A stretch of DNA of 64,000 bases from Magnetospirillum sp. WYHS-4 (GTDB lineage: Bacteria > Pseudomonadota > Alphaproteobacteria > Rhodospirillales > GLO-3), in the NCBI GenBank assembly GCA_039908345.1, contig JAMOBD010000006.1, forward strand, positions 2,329 to 66,328, in the 5' to 3' direction. The notes under the pieces are model-generated. The model was not told where the DNA came from. It saw nothing but the letters and a program-made list of their open reading frames with translations, and searched no databases. A program made the position numbers and the translations under genes. Below are positions 26,340-35,035 of the stretch, piece after piece (position 1 is the stretch's first letter; each line of letters begins with the position of its first letter).

Positions 26340-29300
26340 AGGTCACATTTACAGTCCTCAGGACCTACTGGATATGCGGTGGGACCGTTTTGAGACGCTG
26401 GTCGTTGATACGATCCGTCAATTATACGGCCAATACCAGATTTCGACCGAGCAAACGTCGCTTAGCCATGATGGCGGCCGGGATGCAGAGTCCCATCATG
26501 TGCTGGCGATCGGACTTGGCGAAGACCTTTCTGTGAGCGTAAGAGTATTTCTCGAGGTAAAGAAAAGATCGACCGAAAATGTTGGCAAAGGTGATATTGG
26601 ATCTCATCTTATAGACGCCTTCGCCAACAAAGTAACGAAGATCATTTTCGTCACTAATAGTGATTTTTCAGAAAATTTACCTTTGTGGATTGGCGCGTTT
26701 TGCGCACCGCTTAATATTCAGTTCAGCTTGATTAATGGCGTACGCCTTATTAAACTGTTAAACAACGAGATTGGAAATCCACAGGTTCCAGATAGGACAG
26801 TCGATGATCAGATCATCGGCAAGGTAACCTTCTCGCTTTCTCCAACCGATGCGCTTCCGAGCAGCGCCAAATGCATGGTACGGCCTGATCGGCCAGTTTT
26901 TGCCATCATTGATGTCGCCATCGGTGAAGACGTGGCGCCGTTCTATGCCAAATTATCCATGAGGCTGATCGATGAGGACGCGGCCTCGATATTCGGCATA
27001 AATGACACGCAGTCACAGCCAATTCTCCTGTCTCCGGGCACACGCCGGCGCTGGGTTTTCGCCATTTGGCCTGGCCTGGCCGGACACTGGGACGGCTGTG
27101 ATTTCAACATCGACCAGGAAGGTTTCCCGAGCCCGTTACGGCTGTCGGTCATCAATTCCTTCCAGGTCTCTGAAATCGGCCTTCAGCCGATGATGGTCGG
27201 TGGTCAGAAGACCGCCTACAAGCAGATCCAATCCGCATTGAATACTTGGCGCAACACTGGTGGAAGCGCCCTTCGCATATTGCTTTCCCCCGGCGGTTTA
27301 GGCAAATCGTTTCTGATCGGATGCCTTAGGCGGGATATCCAGTCATGGGGTATCAGGACGTTGATGCTTGATGGGGAAGCCATCGAGTCGGATACGGCAC
27401 TGATAACGGCTAGCTTCACCACCTTGTTTCCGTTTGCACGCAACTCTTTCGAGCCGGGGCTGAAACCAGCCCTGCTCCGCTGGCTGGAATGCTTGGATCT
27501 GTCGCCGCAGCTACGCCGGCTCGTTGCCGATGATCTGTGTGATTCCGGCAGGTTACGGGCCGATAATTACAATCCGGCTATTCGGGCTCAATTATTGGCG
27601 GCCCTTCTCGCCGAGGCCGGAGCGGCACGGGGCCTGGTATTCATTTTCGAAGACCTTCACAAGGTTCCTCCCTCTGTTTTGTCCCTGCTGGCGGACACGC
27701 TGCGCCAACTCCGCTCGACCGGAATGGGCAACATCTTCCTTTTGCTGACATCGCGTCCGTTCTCTGACAGCGGCACCCACGATCTTGCTCGCGACTGGCT
27801 GCAGCGGCTTCAGAAAATCTCGGCGCTGGCCGAGGATGCGCTGCTGCATTTGCGCCCCCTTCAAGACGATGAAGCCCGGCAGCTTCTGCGCAGCACGGTG
27901 CCCACTCTGTCGGAGGCGCAGACTGAAAGCATTATCCAGCAAGTGGGAACATCGCCGTTCAATCTTCGAGAAGCGGTTCTTTATCTGAAGCTGTTGGGGC
28001 TTTTGGGATATGTCGGAACCGGGCAGACCCCGGTTCTTTTACGGCCGGACAAGTTAAACGCGCTGCTTGGTCATGACGGGTTGAAAACCACCACGCAGAA
28101 AAGACTGCAGGTGTTCTTTAAGAACCAACCCTCATGGCTGCAAAAGATGGTTGAGGCAGGCGCCTGTTATGGTCGTCAGTTTCCATTCCGGGAGACCGCC
28201 GCCGTCGCCCTCATGCCGGACAGCGAAGACGCACTGGACGCTTTGGATGAATGCGCTCGTTGGAGCATCGTCCTTCCGGTGCCTGGCTGCGCTGAGTTGA
28301 TCGAATTCGACCATGATCTGGTGCGCGCGGCCCTGCTGAGCGGATTGGCTCCGCACAAGCATCAAAGACTGGCCAGTGGATTGCTGGCCGAGCTGGAAGC
28401 TGACGCCGACGCTTTGCTGCTGTCGTCGCTTGCTTATCAGGCAGGCCAGGCGGAAAAGGCCTTCACCTTCGCCCGAACGGCTGCCAAGGCTGGCAGCGAA
28501 CGGGGGCGTCCTGCGGATGCATTGCGCGCCAACTACATTGCATTACTGACACTCGATCCGGCATGGGCGAGCCAGAATGAGGGGGATGACAGCTGGATTG
28601 ATCTCGCGATTCAGGTCGCAGCTCCGGCTCGCCGCGACTTCGACAATTGGCAGGCACGCGACCGTGAGGCGCTGGCAATCCTGCTGGATAATCTTCAAAG
28701 CCTGGGAAGCGTCTCGTCGGGAAGTGGACGATTGAGCGATGCCATCCTCAGCGAAGCGAGAATGGTCGCCGAACGGCTGCAAGACCATGGATGCATTGCC
28801 GCTCTCACGGCCATGCAGGGGCGAATGCTGTTCGAGCAAAATGACGTCGCCAAGGCCTTGGCTCACCATGAAGAGGCCGAGCGGATTTTCAACGAACAGG
28901 GGCTGATGCGAAATATTGAGCGTGCTGAAAATCTGATCCGATTGGCGATCTGCCTTCGACAGAACGGGCGCACGGAGGATTCCTTGAACGCCCTTGGCCA
29001 GGCAATCAGTCATCGGCCGAAAGCCGCCTGGTCACTGCTGAACAAGGTCCGCTCGAACCTGGGAGCCATTTATCTGCGATCAGACTGGACCGTCGTACGC
29101 TATCACTGGGAACGGCAGCTCCGCTCTGCCAGGGTCCACGGCCTGCTGTCGCGCCAGGCTCATGCCCTTGCCAGCCTATCCTTTATCAACCTGTTTGACG
29201 GGCGTTTAGCCGAAGGCCGCCGGCAGGCAGAGGAAAGTCTTCTGATCGCCCGCCGACACGAGATGGAAAACACCGCGCTGCGGTGTGATCTCAACCTTTC

Positions 29301-29748
29301 CGTTGCCTGGCTGATGGAGGGCAATGCCGAAGCGGCACTGCAATGCTTGGGCGAAGCGGAAGCCATTGCTTTGCGGCATAATGTCGGCCGCCGTCTCTGG
29401 CGGGTATATGCCAATCTCGCCACCACCTGGGAGATACTGGGTGATGACGCCAAGGCGGTCGCGCATGACATCCAGACACTGACCTGCCTGGATGCGACCA
29501 ATTGGGAAGCGGACAGGATTGCCCGTCATGGGCGCGAGCTTCTGCCATTGATCAATCTTGCGTCACGCACTCTGGCGAATCCAGACACTTATGGGGCTGC
29601 ATTGGCGCTGATGAATCCCGCATGCCGTGACGGGTTGCTTCTGCTGGCGCAAAACCTGGAAGATGGTCAGGCCACCGTCTTATCCCCCGTCAATCTGAAA
29701 TATCGTGTCCCGATCTATGGGCGTCACCGTTTCCTCATCACCGAATGA
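26335..29748 (+). CDS. STAND NTPase with an N-terminal Mrr/PD-(D/E)xK nuclease-like domain and C-terminal TPR-like repeats (Avs/AVAST-like)
   Basis: ORF 26335..29748. N-terminus has FETLVVDTIRQLYG, GGRD(50), LE(74)VK(76), IIFVTNSDFS and LINGVRLIKLL, which fits the Mrr_cat layout. Walker A SPGGLGKS (res ~318-325), Walker B LVFIFEDLH (~434-442), LLLTSRP. The C-terminal ~500 aa are helical repeats. Confidence 0.8.
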   Translation: MEGHIYSPQDLLDMRWDRFETLVVDTIRQLYGQYQISTEQTSLSHDGGRDAESHHVLAIGLGEDLSVSVRVFLEVKKRSTENVGKGDIGSHLIDAFANKVTKIIFVTNSDFSENLPLWIGAFCAPLNIQFSLINGVRLIKLLNNEIGNPQVPDRTVDDQIIGKVTFSLSPTDALPSSAKCMVRPDRPVFAIIDVAIGEDVAPFYAKLSMRLIDEDAASIFGINDTQSQPILLSPGTRRRWVFAIWPGLAGHWDGCDFNIDQEGFPSPLRLSVINSFQVSEIGLQPMMVGGQKTAYKQIQSALNTWRNTGGSALRILLSPGGLGKSFLIGCLRRDIQSWGIRTLMLDGEAIESDTALITASFTTLFPFARNSFEPGLKPALLRWLECLDLSPQLRRLVADDLCDSGRLRADNYNPAIRAQLLAALLAEAGAARGLVFIFEDLHKVPPSVLSLLADTLRQLRSTGMGNIFLLLTSRPFSDSGTHDLARDWLQRLQKISALAEDALLHLRPLQDDEARQLLRSTVPTLSEAQTESIIQQVGTSPFNLREAVLYLKLLGLLGYVGTGQTPVLLRPDKLNALLGHDGLKTTTQKRLQVFFKNQPSWLQKMVEAGACYGRQFPFRETAAVALMPDSEDALDALDECARWSIVLPVPGCAELIEFDHDLVRAALLSGLAPHKHQRLASGLLAELEADADALLLSSLAYQAGQAEKAFTFARTAAKAGSERGRPADALRANYIALLTLDPAWASQNEGDDSWIDLAIQVAAPARRDFDNWQARDREALAILLDNLQSLGSVSSGSGRLSDAILSEARMVAERLQDHGCIAALTAMQGRMLFEQNDVAKALAHHEEAERIFNEQGLMRNIERAENLIRLAICLRQNGRTEDSLNALGQAISHRPKAAWSLLNKVRSNLGAIYLRSDWTVVRYHWERQLRSARVHGLLSRQAHALASLSFINLFDGRLAEGRRQAEESLLIARRHEMENTALRCDLNLSVAWLMEGNAEAALQCLGEAEAIALRHNVGRRLWRVYANLATTWEILGDDAKAVAHDIQTLTCLDATNWEADRIARHGRELLPLINLASRTLANPDTYGAALALMNPACRDGLLLLAQNLEDGQATVLSPVNLKYRVPIYGRHRFLITE

Positions 29749-31465
29749 CGACTTTGCAGAAAGCCTCTTGGTAGCTGGCGAGCAGTTGCATATCCCATGA
29801 CCGGATACGCCAATCCCCGCGGGCAAACCGCCATTGAGCGTTGAACAAGGGAAAAATCGCCATCCACAGAGCGCCCAGGAACAGGTCCTCATCGCTTTTC
29901 GCCAATTCGGCCAAGCGGCAAAGCATGGCATAGGGGGATGGGGATGACTGGTGGGCATGCTGGTCGTGGAACCAATGCGCAAGATCGTGCGGCCCCGCAT
30001 AGAAACCGGCATGATCAAGATCGCAAACAGCCGGACTGCCATCAAGACGACGCATAAGATGTTCGCGTTTCATGCTGCCGTGCTGGAGACGCGGCAAGAC
30101 ACGCGACAATGGCCGACAATGGGCAAGAAAGCGCACAAGCCCCTTCGCGCGCAGGGCGAACTCGGGCGGAAACGACCACGCATCTCGCTTCAACGTTTCC
30201 TCAAGGCGGAATAATTCCACCTGCGGATGGCATTTGCGCAAGCGCAGCCGCCCCCCTTTTAAGCATTGAGCACTTAACTGTGCGGCTGCCCGGTCGAACT
30301 GCTGCACGGCTTCCTGCATATCGCTGGCCACCGACATGCCGTCCAGGGCGGACAGATAAGCCGTTGCCCCATCATCCTTCACCACGAACAGAGTCTGGAA
30401 CTGCCGGGAAGCGGCCATCATGAGTTCCTCAGCTACAGCCGGCTCGGCTTCATGATCTTCCAGCAGTTTCTCCTGGACCAGCAAACCTGCTTCCTCGTCC
30501 GCCGCGACAACACGTGGGGCAACCGGCACTGCCGTCAGAAGGCAAGCCATCTTCACCCGCTCCGGGGCGATGGGGGGGGCATCCATCTCAAGCGGGCTGG
30601 GCACCAGACAGGTCAAGGAGGGAGGGCGCTCTTGATGAATCTTGAGGAAGAATTCGCCTTTCTGCGATGAGATAAGGAAGCTGGGCGTCGGACTGGACGA
30701 GACATCTTTCCAGCTGTCGATCCGCCCTCCCAACAACCTCTCCACCAAAGGCCGGCGAGCCTCTATCAGGTTATCATTGATGGATAAGGTTGCCCCGGGA
30801 AGCGAGGGATCGCTGTTCGACGGCGCCAGAAGTTCCCCGTAAAGCCCGAGATAGCGTTCCGCCACCGCATCGAGTGAAAAACGATCCCGACTCCACAGCG
30901 CGGCGTTGTTTCCCATCCAGCGGCCCAAACGGTCGTTTCTGACAAACTGCGCCAGGGCGGCAGCAAGTCCTGGCGCATTCAGCCGATCCACCAAGTAACC
31001 GTTCACGTCATGGGCAATGATGTCCTGAAGCCCTCCCGTCCTGGTGGCGACCACGGGCGTTCCGCACATCATCGCCTCAACGGCGACCATTCCAAACTGT
31101 TCGCGCAAGGAGGGGAGACAGACGACGGTACTGCGGCTGTAGATTTCGGGCAGGGAATAACCATCGACCCGGCTCCATATCTCAAATCGGCCGGCTTCGA
31201 TGGCATGACGTATATTTTCCGTAGCACGCAGCAAGGTGTTCTCAAGATCGGCCGCCTCTTCTGCCGTTCCGCCGACAATGCGCACGCGGAATGGCGGAAG
31301 ATCCACCGATAGCAAAAGCTCCACCGCATCAATGAAAACAGCCAAGCCCTTACGGGAATCGACCAGTCGTCCGACGTATGAAATCGTCGGCACTTTCCGG
31401 GCGACGGCTAAATATCTGGGAGTCGATTCCATAGGGGATGATTGAAACTGATTGTGGTCTGACAT
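29738..31465 (-). CDS. GT4 glycosyltransferase C-terminal half fused to an APH/choline-kinase-like (protein-kinase-fold) domain; downstream fragment of a frameshifted gene
   Basis: ORF 29738..31465. YVGRLVDSRKG and SLREQFGMVAVEAMMCGTPVVATRTGG (GT1/GT4 C-domain). Then FFLKIH, LLVQEKLLE and HGSMKREHL...CDLDHAG (kinase-like, Asp of HGD replaced). Confidence 0.65.
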   Translation of the reverse strand: MSDHNQFQSSPMESTPRYLAVARKVPTISYVGRLVDSRKGLAVFIDAVELLLSVDLPPFRVRIVGGTAEEAADLENTLLRATENIRHAIEAGRFEIWSRVDGYSLPEIYSRSTVVCLPSLREQFGMVAVEAMMCGTPVVATRTGGLQDIIAHDVNGYLVDRLNAPGLAAALAQFVRNDRLGRWMGNNAALWSRDRFSLDAVAERYLGLYGELLAPSNSDPSLPGATLSINDNLIEARRPLVERLLGGRIDSWKDVSSSPTPSFLISSQKGEFFLKIHQERPPSLTCLVPSPLEMDAPPIAPERVKMACLLTAVPVAPRVVAADEEAGLLVQEKLLEDHEAEPAVAEELMMAASRQFQTLFVVKDDGATAYLSALDGMSVASDMQEAVQQFDRAAAQLSAQCLKGGRLRLRKCHPQVELFRLEETLKRDAWSFPPEFALRAKGLVRFLAHCRPLSRVLPRLQHGSMKREHLMRRLDGSPAVCDLDHAGFYAGPHDLAHWFHDQHAHQSSPSPYAMLCRLAELAKSDEDLFLGALWMAIFPLFNAQWRFARGDWRIRSWDMQLLASYQEAFCKVVIR

Positions 31466-32009
31466 CAGGATACAGCCTCTCTAACGCATCTTTCTCGTTA
31501 CGGCTCACGCATATGAGGGTGTCGGCCTCGTTGAAAACACGCCGCTCCCAAACATCCCTGACGCCATCGAAACAAGAGGCTTCCTCTCCCAGCTCGATGC
31601 GGGTCCGCCCCAGTGAAAGCAAGTGGTGGACATGGCGTCGAGCAATAACGGGGACCAGTCCGATGCCAACGGCACCAGACAGCCAGTTGCTGGTTTGAAC
31701 GATATCGAAGGTCTTCCCTGAAAGCAGACCGGCAAGCGCATCGGCAAGTTCGTCCCGCAAACTTCCCATTGAATGGTGGTCCATTTCCGTCGGGCTGCCC
31801 ACTTCCAGCCGATATAGACGGCAAAGGGGGCCTAGCTCCTGTATCCGCGGCTTACACGAGCTATTCAACCGAGTGACAATGGTCAGGTCATGGCCACGAC
31901 GCACGAATTGTCGAGATAGGTCGAAAAAGAAGGCATGTGAGCCCCCGAATCGCCCTGCGCCTGGTGGGTCGAAAGGGTCATCAGTAAGGGTAAGCAGCAA
32001 AATATCCAT
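31350..32009 (-). CDS. GT4 glycosyltransferase N-terminal half (upstream fragment of the same frameshifted gene)
   Basis: ORF 31350..32009. MDILLLTLTDDPFDPPGAGRFGGSHAFFFDLSRQFVRRGHDLTIVTR resembles MshA/SPS-type GT4 N-domains. Ends IIPYGIDSQIF, then leaves the frame that continues in ORF 29738..31465. Confidence 0.65.
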   Translation of the reverse strand: MDILLLTLTDDPFDPPGAGRFGGSHAFFFDLSRQFVRRGHDLTIVTRLNSSCKPRIQELGPLCRLYRLEVGSPTEMDHHSMGSLRDELADALAGLLSGKTFDIVQTSNWLSGAVGIGLVPVIARRHVHHLLSLGRTRIELGEEASCFDGVRDVWERRVFNEADTLICVSRNEKDALERLYPDVRPQSVSIIPYGIDSQIFSRRPESADDFIRRTTGRFP

Positions 32010-32030
32010 CTTCGATAATTCTTAGTTATC
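32005..32030. repeat. right copy of the perfect 26-bp inverted repeat
   Basis: TCCATCTTCGATAATTCTTAGTTATC is the reverse complement of 26314..26339. Contains the ATG of the GT gene (32009) and the GAT AAC TAA end of the recombinase gene. Confidence 0.95.
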
Positions 32031-32969
32031 ACTCCCCCCTCTCCTCCTCACGGCCCCCTCCATCACCTCGCGGAGGCTGGTGTCGCTGACGTGGGTGTAG
32101 ATTTCGGTGGTGGCCAGGTTGGCGTGGCCCAGGAGTTTCTGGACGAAGCGGATGTCCACTCCCGCCTCGATCAGGTGGGTGGCCGCGGTGTGGCGGAGCA
32201 TGTGGGGCGTGATGCGGCGGGTAAGGCCGGCGTCCTCGGCCGCGCGGCGCAGCAGGATGCGCACCGTCTGCGGCGTGGCGGTGGCGCCGCCGGAGGTGAG
32301 GAACAGGCGCTCGCCCAAGGGGCCCGTGGCCGGGCGTGCGGCCACATAGGCCCGCAGCAGGCGCCGGGTGGGTTCCTCCACCAGAAATGCCCGGCGCTCG
32401 CGGTTGCCCTTGCCGATGATCCGGATGGTGCCGTCCTCCAGGTCGATGTCGCTCAGATGCAGTGCCGTCAATTCCCCCACCCGCATTCCGGTCGCGTAGA
32501 GCATCTCCACGGCCAGCCAGGCGGTCAGGCGTTCGAATCCGCCGGGCGAAAGGCGGGCCGGCCGGCCGGGAGGAGGAAGGGGCAGACGCAGCGTCCGGAA
32601 CAGGGCCGCCATCTCGCCACGCGTCAGCCCGCGCGGCAGCCGGCGGGGCAGGCGGACCTGAAGGTCCAGGCGGTGGAAAGGGCTGGCCGGAATCTCGTCC
32701 TCCAACTCCAACCAGCGGTACATGGCCTTCAGGCAGGCGATACGGCGCTTGGCGCTGGCCGGCTTGAGGCCGCGCCGGTCTTGCAGATGTTCCAGATAAC
32801 CGCGCAGATGCTCGCGGTCGCAAGCCGCCAATGGCCGGTCGGGCCCCGCGTAGGCCCGGTATTCCTCCAGGTCCTGGGCGTAGGCCCGTAGCGTGTTGGC
32901 CGACAGGCCCTTGGCCACGCGGCAATGGCGCAGGAAGGCCGCGCAGGCCTCCGCCACCGTCTCTGTCAT
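32022..32969 (-). CDS. XerC/XerD-family tyrosine site-specific recombinase
   Basis: ORF 32022..32969. SAM-like N-domain plus catalytic landmarks ATGMRVGEL (R), KGNRER (K), HMLRHTAATH (HxxR) and LGHANLATTEIYTH (H, Y). Confidence 0.9.
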   Translation of the reverse strand: MTETVAEACAAFLRHCRVAKGLSANTLRAYAQDLEEYRAYAGPDRPLAACDREHLRGYLEHLQDRRGLKPASAKRRIACLKAMYRWLELEDEIPASPFHRLDLQVRLPRRLPRGLTRGEMAALFRTLRLPLPPPGRPARLSPGGFERLTAWLAVEMLYATGMRVGELTALHLSDIDLEDGTIRIIGKGNRERRAFLVEEPTRRLLRAYVAARPATGPLGERLFLTSGGATATPQTVRILLRRAAEDAGLTRRITPHMLRHTAATHLIEAGVDIRFVQKLLGHANLATTEIYTHVSDTSLREVMEGAVRRRGGSDN

Positions 32970-33138
32970 CGGTCCCCCCCCTCAAGGAGTTTTGGGAGAC
33001 GCTACACCATTCGCGGGAGGAATGTTACCTATGTGCAAGTGAATTTGCGCGGGCCTCGGCAAGAGCCACGGGCGCCCGGACCGGTGGGCGGAGGTATGGA
33101 AGGCCAGGGGGCCGGCGAGGCAACCATGGCGGCCCGCC

Positions 33139-34137
33139 TTGGCGTTTCCCGGCGGAGCCCGTGGCATGCTATGGTGGGCCATGCGCCTCCTTCTCGTTCT
33201 TGGTTTCCTGGGCCTGACCCTTCCCGCGCTCGCCGAGCCGATTGCCGTCGACGCCGAGGCGATTCCTCTCGATCCCCGCGATCCGGCGGTGACGACGGTC
33301 GGGGCGCTCCATTACCGGGGCGGCCTGGTCCTGAGGGCTCCCGGTCGGAAATTCGGCGGTCTTTCCGATTTGACGGTGAGCCTCGACGGGCGCGACCTGA
33401 CCGCCATCTCCGATGCCGGACGGCGCCTGTCGCTAGGGCTACGTTACGACGTGACCGGCCGGCTGACGGGAATCGGCGAGGCCGATCTGTCGCCCTTGCC
33501 GGGGCTCGACGGGCGGCCGTTGCGCGACGACAAAAAGGAGGGCGACGCGGAAGGGCTGGCTCCGGCGCCCGACGGCGGTTTCGTCGTTTCCTTCGAGCAT
33601 CGCCACCGGCTCTGGCACTATCCGGCCGGTTGGGAGACGCCGCGCGAATTGATTCCGCCCCGCGAACTGGCCCTGGCACCGCGCAACAGCGGCATCGAAG
33701 CCCTGGCGCGCCTGGCGGACGGCCGTCTGTTGGCCCTGACCGAAAGTTTCATGACCCAACGCGGCGTGGTCGGCTGGGTCGGCAACGAGGAAACCGGCGA
33801 CTGGGCGACCCTGACCTACGAGACCGTGGGGGCTTTCTATCCCACCGGCGCCACGGTCCTGCCCAACGGCGATGTCCTCGTACTGGAACGCCGCTATACC
33901 TTGATCGGCGGGCCGGCGGCGCGCCTGGTCCGCGTCGGCCGCACCGCCTTCCAGCCGGGGATCAGCATCAAGGGCGACGAAGTGGCACTCCTGGCCCCGC
34001 CGCTTGCGGTCGACAACATGGAAGGACTTGCCATGCGCCGGACCCCGGCGGGCGGGGTTCTGCTCTATCTGCTCTCCGACGACAATTTCCAGGGTTCGCA
34101 ACGGACCCTGCTTCTGCTTTTCGAATACCGTCCATAG
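33139..34137 (+). CDS. secreted esterase-like/phytase-like family protein
   Basis: ORF 33139..34137. Signal peptide MRLLLVLGFLGLTLPALA, plus GGLSDL, EGLA and LSDDNF motifs. True start probably ATG 33166 or 33181. Confidence 0.65.
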   Translation: MAFPGGARGMLWWAMRLLLVLGFLGLTLPALAEPIAVDAEAIPLDPRDPAVTTVGALHYRGGLVLRAPGRKFGGLSDLTVSLDGRDLTAISDAGRRLSLGLRYDVTGRLTGIGEADLSPLPGLDGRPLRDDKKEGDAEGLAPAPDGGFVVSFEHRHRLWHYPAGWETPRELIPPRELALAPRNSGIEALARLADGRLLALTESFMTQRGVVGWVGNEETGDWATLTYETVGAFYPTGATVLPNGDVLVLERRYTLIGGPAARLVRVGRTAFQPGISIKGDEVALLAPPLAVDNMEGLAMRRTPAGGVLLYLLSDDNFQGSQRTLLLLFEYRP

Positions 34138-34234
34138 TCCTGGTGCCGGATGGTCAAGACGGTACATCCCGTATATGATGACCGTCTAAAATACGCCCCC
34201 GAGGTTGCGGCACGAGGACAAGGAACGCGACGCG

Positions 34235-35035
34235 ATGACCACCGATCAATACCGGATCGCCAAGAAACCCTACTACCTGCCGGTGAGCGACGAAGTCGCC
34301 TTGTTCGAGGCGGCCTATGCCGCGCGGCTGCCGGTGATGCTCAAAGGGCCGACGGGCTGCGGCAAGTCGCGCTTCGTCGAATACATGGCATGGAAACTGA
34401 AGACGCCGCTGGTCACCGTGGCTTGCAACGAGGACATGACCGCCTCCGACCTGGTCGGGCGCTTTCTGTTGGATGCCTCGGGCACGCGATGGCAGGACGG
34501 GCCCTTGACGGTGGCCGCGCGCATCGGCGCCATCTGCTATCTGGATGAGGTGGTCGAGGCTCGCCAGGACACCACCGTGGTCATCCATCCCTTGACCGAC
34601 CATCGCCGCATGCTGCCGCTCGACAAGAAGGGCGAGGTCATCCAGGCCCACGACGACTTCCACTTGGTGATTTCCTACAACCCCGGCTACCAGAGCCTGA
34701 TGAAGGACCTCAAGCAGTCGACCAAGCAGCGCTTCGCGGCGCTCGATTTCGACTACCCGGACGCCAAGCGGGAGGCCGAGATCGTTGGCCGCGAGACCGG
34801 GCTCGACAAGGCTCTCTGCGCCAGGCTGGTCAAGATCGCCCACAACGCCCGGGCGCTCAAGGGCCACGGCCTGGACGAGGGCATCTCGACCCGCCTTCTG
34901 GTCCATGCCGGCAAGCTGATCGGGGCGGGGATCGATCCCGTCGCGGCCTGCGACATGGCCTTGGTACGCCCCCTGACCGACGACGCCGACCTGCGCGCCG
35001 TGCTTTCCAGCGCCGTGAGGATGGTCCTTGGCTGA
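34235..35035 (+). CDS. CbbQ/NirQ/NorQ-family MoxR-type AAA+ ATPase
   Basis: ORF 34205..35035 trimmed to [14 protein letters not shown]. Walker A GPTGCGKS and Walker B CYLDEV. Confidence 0.85.
   Translation: MTTDQYRIAKKPYYLPVSDEVALFEAAYAARLPVMLKGPTGCGKSRFVEYMAWKLKTPLVTVACNEDMTASDLVGRFLLDASGTRWQDGPLTVAARIGAICYLDEVVEARQDTTVVIHPLTDHRRMLPLDKKGEVIQAHDDFHLVISYNPGYQSLMKDLKQSTKQRFAALDFDYPDAKREAEIVGRETGLDKALCARLVKIAHNARALKGHGLDEGISTRLLVHAGKLIGAGIDPVAACDMALVRPLTDDADLRAVLSSAVRMVLG

Larger units (their letters stand above)
26314..32030. mobile_element. AT-richer 5.7-kb two-gene cassette bounded by inverted repeats (candidate invertible segment or foreign insertion)
   Basis: The composition shift (by eye) coincides exactly with the 26-bp inverted repeats. 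A tyrosine recombinase gene abuts the right repeat. Confidence 0.5.

Noticed and set aside
26314-32030. Interpreting the 26-bp inverted repeats as the terminal repeats of an IS or transposon, or the locus as an integron
   Set aside because: No transposase is encoded between the repeats and no flanking direct target duplication was seen. The recombinase lies outside the repeats. There are no attC-like structures or cassette array. The inversion-site interpretation fits better but remains untested.
32970-33138. tRNA gene or att site next to the tyrosine recombinase
   Set aside because: I scanned the flanks of the recombinase and the cassette and found no cloverleaf-compatible sequence and no direct repeats.
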